Shown here: positions 28,920-32,000 of the stretch, piece by piece | How positions within the stretch are numbered: the first letter of the stretch is position 1 | How the letters are laid out: the number at the start of each line of letters is the position of its first letter | DNA from: Clostridium disporicum | Lineage (GTDB): Bacteria > Bacillota > Clostridia > Clostridiales > Clostridiaceae | Assembly: GCF_001405015.1 (NCBI RefSeq) | Contig: NZ_CYZX01000017.1 | Coordinates: forward strand, 43,552 to 75,551 | Direction of reading: 5' to 3' | DNA: 32,000 bases | Notes under the pieces: model-generated | The model's database searches: none | What the model saw: only the letters and a program-made list of their open reading frames with translations | Told to the model about the DNA's origin: nothing | Translations under genes and position numbers: made by a program

Positions 28920-29157
28920 AGGAAGCTATAAATATATAAAAGAACAAAGAAATTAACAAAAAGTAAAAGAATTCATAGTGACATAAAGTTCATTAAATGT
29001 TTAAGTACATTTTGAACTTGATAAATCCTTATATTATTAAATTAAATATACCATCATTACTAGCAGTAGATGAAATATATAGTAATGATGGTTCCAATCT
29101 TTTAGATGAGCTAAGAGTATACTATTTATTGTATAGACTATAAACTAGAAATAATTC

Positions 29158-29313
29158 AGTGCTGATTATAAAACACCAAAGGTTTTAGGATGAAATGATA
29201 TTAGAGAAATTTCAGTAGGAAAAGTAACTGATTTATTTATAATAGATATAAATAGGATAGATATTGTTGGAATTAGTCATTTTATGTTATATCAATGTAT
29301 AAAAAATACTTGA
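29158..29313 (+). pseudogene. C-terminal remnant of an amidohydrolase (MtaD/chlorohydrolase-like) gene with an in-frame stop
   Basis: The frame reads SADYKTPKVLG*NDIREISVGKVTDLFIIDINRIDIVGISH..., compared with the family pattern A..LG.....GS.EVGK.ADL..ID...P.. . TGA at 29191-93 is in frame and there is no N-terminal part. Confidence 0.4.
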
Positions 29314-29337
29314 CATTACAAATGAGTGTAATATAAT
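29310..29337 (+). promoter_or_regulatory. Sigma-A type promoter for the orphan histidine kinase
   Basis: TTGACA (29310-15), a 16-bp spacer containing the inverted repeat TTACA-N6-TGTAA, then TATAAT (29332-37). Confidence 0.6.
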
Positions 29338-29425
29338 AGAAAATTACATGGATATTTGTTTAATAAAAAGAAAAATAAGTAAATTGAGTCTAGGGTAGTA
29401 TTTGGAAAAGTAGGGTGTATGAAGA

Positions 29426-31414
29426 GTGATCTTAAAACAAAGTTTAAAAAATAAGTATTTAGAAGAGAGAGAAACTAAGTTCTTTATCTATATAGCTGTA
29501 ATTATGATATTAATATTAAGTTCTTTAATTGGTAATATTTTTATTAATAGAAATAATGATTATACATATTTAGAATCAACATTGGTGTTTATTAAAACTT
29601 TTAATATTATATTATCTGCTTTGGCATTTATAAGTTGTTTAATATCATATAATAGAGTGAAAAAAGATAACATATTTATTATATCGTTAATGTACTTAGG
29701 ACTAGCTATAGGTATAGCATTAGGACATATAGATTATCTTACTTTTTATCATGAAGAAATAAATATATCAAATTATATTGTTGTATCAACTTCTTTATTA
29801 AGGATACTTTTACTTATTATTACGATTTCTCCTAAATCTAAACTAAGGAGTTTAATAGTTAATAATAAAAAGAAATCAATGATATTTGTAGTACTGTACA
29901 CAATAGTATTTGGTTTTTTAGAATATAATTATAATAGCGTTAGTATATACTATAGCAATTATTTTTTCATATTATATAATATGTTTTTAATGGTAGTATA
30001 TATTGTAGTATCAGTAAGGTTATTTATAGTAGGACTAAAAGAAAAAGAATATTTATACATAGTTTTAAGTTCAAGTATTTTTGTGCTTGCATTAAAGGCT
30101 CTATACGCAATATATGGAATAAGAGTTGCATCATTTTATGTAAAATTAATGTCTGTTTCAATAACATATATATGTTTCTGTATAGTTATTGTAGGTAGCT
30201 TTATAGAATTGTATTTGTACATAAGTAGAACTAAAATATTAAATGACAATCTAAGTGTATTTTATAAGTTAGCAGATAATAATAAGCATAGTTTTATGTT
30301 TATATGTACTGAAGATGGTAAAGTAATATATGCAAATAGAAAGCTTAAGGAATTTTATTTTGGAACAAACGATATACAAAATAATTGTCTTGATGATTTA
30401 TTAAAAGCTAAAATGAAAGCAACAGGTAAAAGGAATGAAATATTAAATTCTTTAAATGAAACTGGGCTTTGGAGAGGAATTATAAATAATAAAGAAGAAA
30501 ATAAAACAATTGATTGTACAGTCCAATTAATTAGCACGTATAGAAATAATAAAGAAATAGCAGTATCATATATGGATATTTCTGATGAAATAAAGAGAGA
30601 GTTAGAATTAGAAAAACTTAAGATTTATGATAAAGAAAAAAGTGATTTTATCTCTAATATATCTCATGAACTAAAAACACCTTTAAATATTTTTTACTCA
30701 ACTGTACAATTATTAGATAGTGCAGCAGATAAAGAGTGTATAAGTTTTAAATCAACTTATAAAAAATATAATAAGAGTTTACATATTAATTGCAAAAGAA
30801 TGTTACGATTAATAAACAATATAATGGATATATCAATGATAGATATGGGGATTTTAAAAGCTGATTTTAGAAATTATGATATAGTGTTTTTGATTGAAGA
30901 AGTAACTTTATCTGTTGTTAATTATGCGTTATCTAAGTCAATTGTGCTGCAGTTTGATACTAATGTGGAAGAACATATAATTAAATGTGATGCTTCTATG
31001 ATTGAAAGAGCAATACTTAATTTATTGTCAAATGCAATTAAATTTTCTAAGGAAAATAAAAGTATATATGTTAATGTATTAGTAGAAGAAAAATTTGTTA
31101 GAATAGACATTAAGGATGAAGGAATAGGAATCTCTGATGAGAGTAAAGAATTTATATTTGATAGATTTGTTCAAGTTGATAAGTCATTTAATCGTATGAA
31201 TGAGGGCTGTGGGATTGGGCTTAGTATAGTAAAAGCACTAGTAAATCTTCATGGTGGACAAGTATTTGTAGACAGTACAGTAAATAAAGGTAGTACTTTT
31301 ACAGTATTGTTACCGAATGAACTTTTAAATAATACAGAGATGAATTTATATGATAATGATATAAACAATACTGAATTAGAATTATCAGATATCTACGAAT
31401 TGTTAAATAAATAA
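29426..31414 (+). CDS. Orphan multi-TM PAS sensor histidine kinase (HisKA + HATPase_c)
   Basis: About 270 aa of N-terminal TM helices are followed by a PAS-like segment (FMFICTEDGKVIYANRKLKEFY). The H-box is FISNISHELKTPLN, the N box is LLSNAIKFS, G1 is DEGIGI, and G2 is GCGIGLSIV. The GTG start is uncertain. No response regulator gene is adjacent. Confidence 0.88.
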   Translation: MILKQSLKNKYLEERETKFFIYIAVIMILILSSLIGNIFINRNNDYTYLESTLVFIKTFNIILSALAFISCLISYNRVKKDNIFIISLMYLGLAIGIALGHIDYLTFYHEEINISNYIVVSTSLLRILLLIITISPKSKLRSLIVNNKKKSMIFVVLYTIVFGFLEYNYNSVSIYYSNYFFILYNMFLMVVYIVVSVRLFIVGLKEKEYLYIVLSSSIFVLALKALYAIYGIRVASFYVKLMSVSITYICFCIVIVGSFIELYLYISRTKILNDNLSVFYKLADNNKHSFMFICTEDGKVIYANRKLKEFYFGTNDIQNNCLDDLLKAKMKATGKRNEILNSLNETGLWRGIINNKEENKTIDCTVQLISTYRNNKEIAVSYMDISDEIKRELELEKLKIYDKEKSDFISNISHELKTPLNIFYSTVQLLDSAADKECISFKSTYKKYNKSLHINCKRMLRLINNIMDISMIDMGILKADFRNYDIVFLIEEVTLSVVNYALSKSIVLQFDTNVEEHIIKCDASMIERAILNLLSNAIKFSKENKSIYVNVLVEEKFVRIDIKDEGIGISDESKEFIFDRFVQVDKSFNRMNEGCGIGLSIVKALVNLHGGQVFVDSTVNKGSTFTVLLPNELLNNTEMNLYDNDINNTELELSDIYELLNK

Positions 31415-31435
31415 AAGTAATATTAATAGTTAAAT

Positions 31436-31477
31436 CCTCAAGAAATTTAAAAAATACCTCTTGAGGGTTTTTATTTT
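31436..31477 (+). terminator. Rho-independent terminator after the kinase
   Basis: CCTCAAGA pairs with TCTTGAGG and is followed by GTTTTTATTTTT. Confidence 0.75.
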
Positions 31478-31588
31478 TATAAGTGTTGGATATAGCTTTA
31501 TTGAAGCAATAGGTTTTATGTTTGATATTAATAATTTAAATAAAGATACGTTAATATTTTTAACTAATCAATAGTACTTTATGTTAAT

Positions 31589-31622
31589 TAAGTAATAAGA
31601 TATAATTATATATTATTACTTA
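31589..31622. promoter_or_regulatory. 34-bp near-perfect palindrome overlapping a TATAAT (candidate operator)
   Basis: TAAGTAATAAGATATAATTATATATTATTACTTA has 16 of 17 symmetric pairs. It contains TATAAT at 31601-06 and ends 30 nt upstream of ATG 31653. Confidence 0.5.
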
Positions 31623-31652
31623 GTATAAATATAAGGAAAAGGTGTTATTATT

Positions 31653-32000
31653 ATGGATTATCAAGAAGTATTAAAAAATGCAAGAGATTGTATAGGTGAG
31701 TATTGTAAAGCTTGTAATGAATGTAATGGGAAAGTGTGTAAGAACCAAATACCAGGGCCAGGGGCTAAAGGTGTTGGTGATACAGCTATAAGAAATTATG
31801 ATAAATGGAAAGAAATTCGTGTTAATATGGATACTTTAACTGAAAATAAAAAAGTTGATATGAGTATAGAGTTGTTTGGACAAACTTTTAAATATCCTTT
31901 CTTTGCTGGACCTGTAGGAGCAGTTGGTCTTATGTCAATATTTTGGACACAAAAAGTCAAACTTTTTTATGCTGCACTTCTAGCTAATAATTCACATTGA
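31653..32000 (+). pseudogene. FMN-dependent alpha-hydroxy-acid dehydrogenase family gene, truncated after about 93 conserved residues
   Basis: The N-terminus is typical of the clostridial family (CKACNECNGKVC.. IPGPGAKG ... ELFGQTFKYPFFAGPVGAVGL). From about 31932 the reading is unrelated (MSIFWTQKVKLFYAALLANNSH) and ends at TGA 31998-32000. As I remember it, the family is about 330-340 aa long. Confidence 0.55.

Noticed and set aside
30355-31110. Minus-strand ORFs 30355-30537 and 30922-31110 inside the orphan kinase
   Set aside because: These are shadow ORFs antisense to a gene with clear HisKA/HATPase motifs.

Overview
This is a very AT-rich (roughly 25-30% GC by eye) Clostridium-like Firmicute chromosomal segment. 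I found no rRNA, tRNA, CRISPR array, transposase, integrase or phage genes. I support about 30 protein-coding genes:
- katG and two MATE efflux genes, one of them frameshifted and next to a MarR regulator.
- A cupin / flavodoxin-like / aldo-keto reductase detoxification operon.
- A divergent TetR / alpha-beta hydrolase pair.
- A MazG-like gene, aat and a TIM-barrel gene.
- A HisKA_3/LuxR two-component pair, a methyltransferase and a GNAT.
- An ABC-2 transporter (ATPase plus two permeases).
- A LexA-box-controlled dinB operon.
- A T-box-controlled MetRS-like synthetase.
- An HxlR / nitroreductase pair and a DEAD-box helicase.
- A cysteine-rich orphan protein and an AIM24/TIGR00266 protein.
- A multi-TM PAS histidine kinase with no partner regulator.
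- A truncated FMN-dependent dehydrogenase at the window edge.

The strongest candidate for something new is the T-box / MetRS-paralog locus (22237-24602). The leader is a complete T-box, but my hand fold does not put AUG in the Specifier position. The enzyme keeps the MetRS fold but appears to have lost several MetRS-invariant pocket and signature residues.

Other points worth a second look:
- The acidic, Cys-rich orphan protein.
- An unknown small protein in the SOS operon.
- A MerR/NmlR-type promoter with no MerR gene nearby.
- A 34-bp operator-like palindrome.
- Two single-base poly-A frameshifts.
- Three gene remnants.

All coordinates were counted by hand. Family assignments come from motif recognition, not searches.
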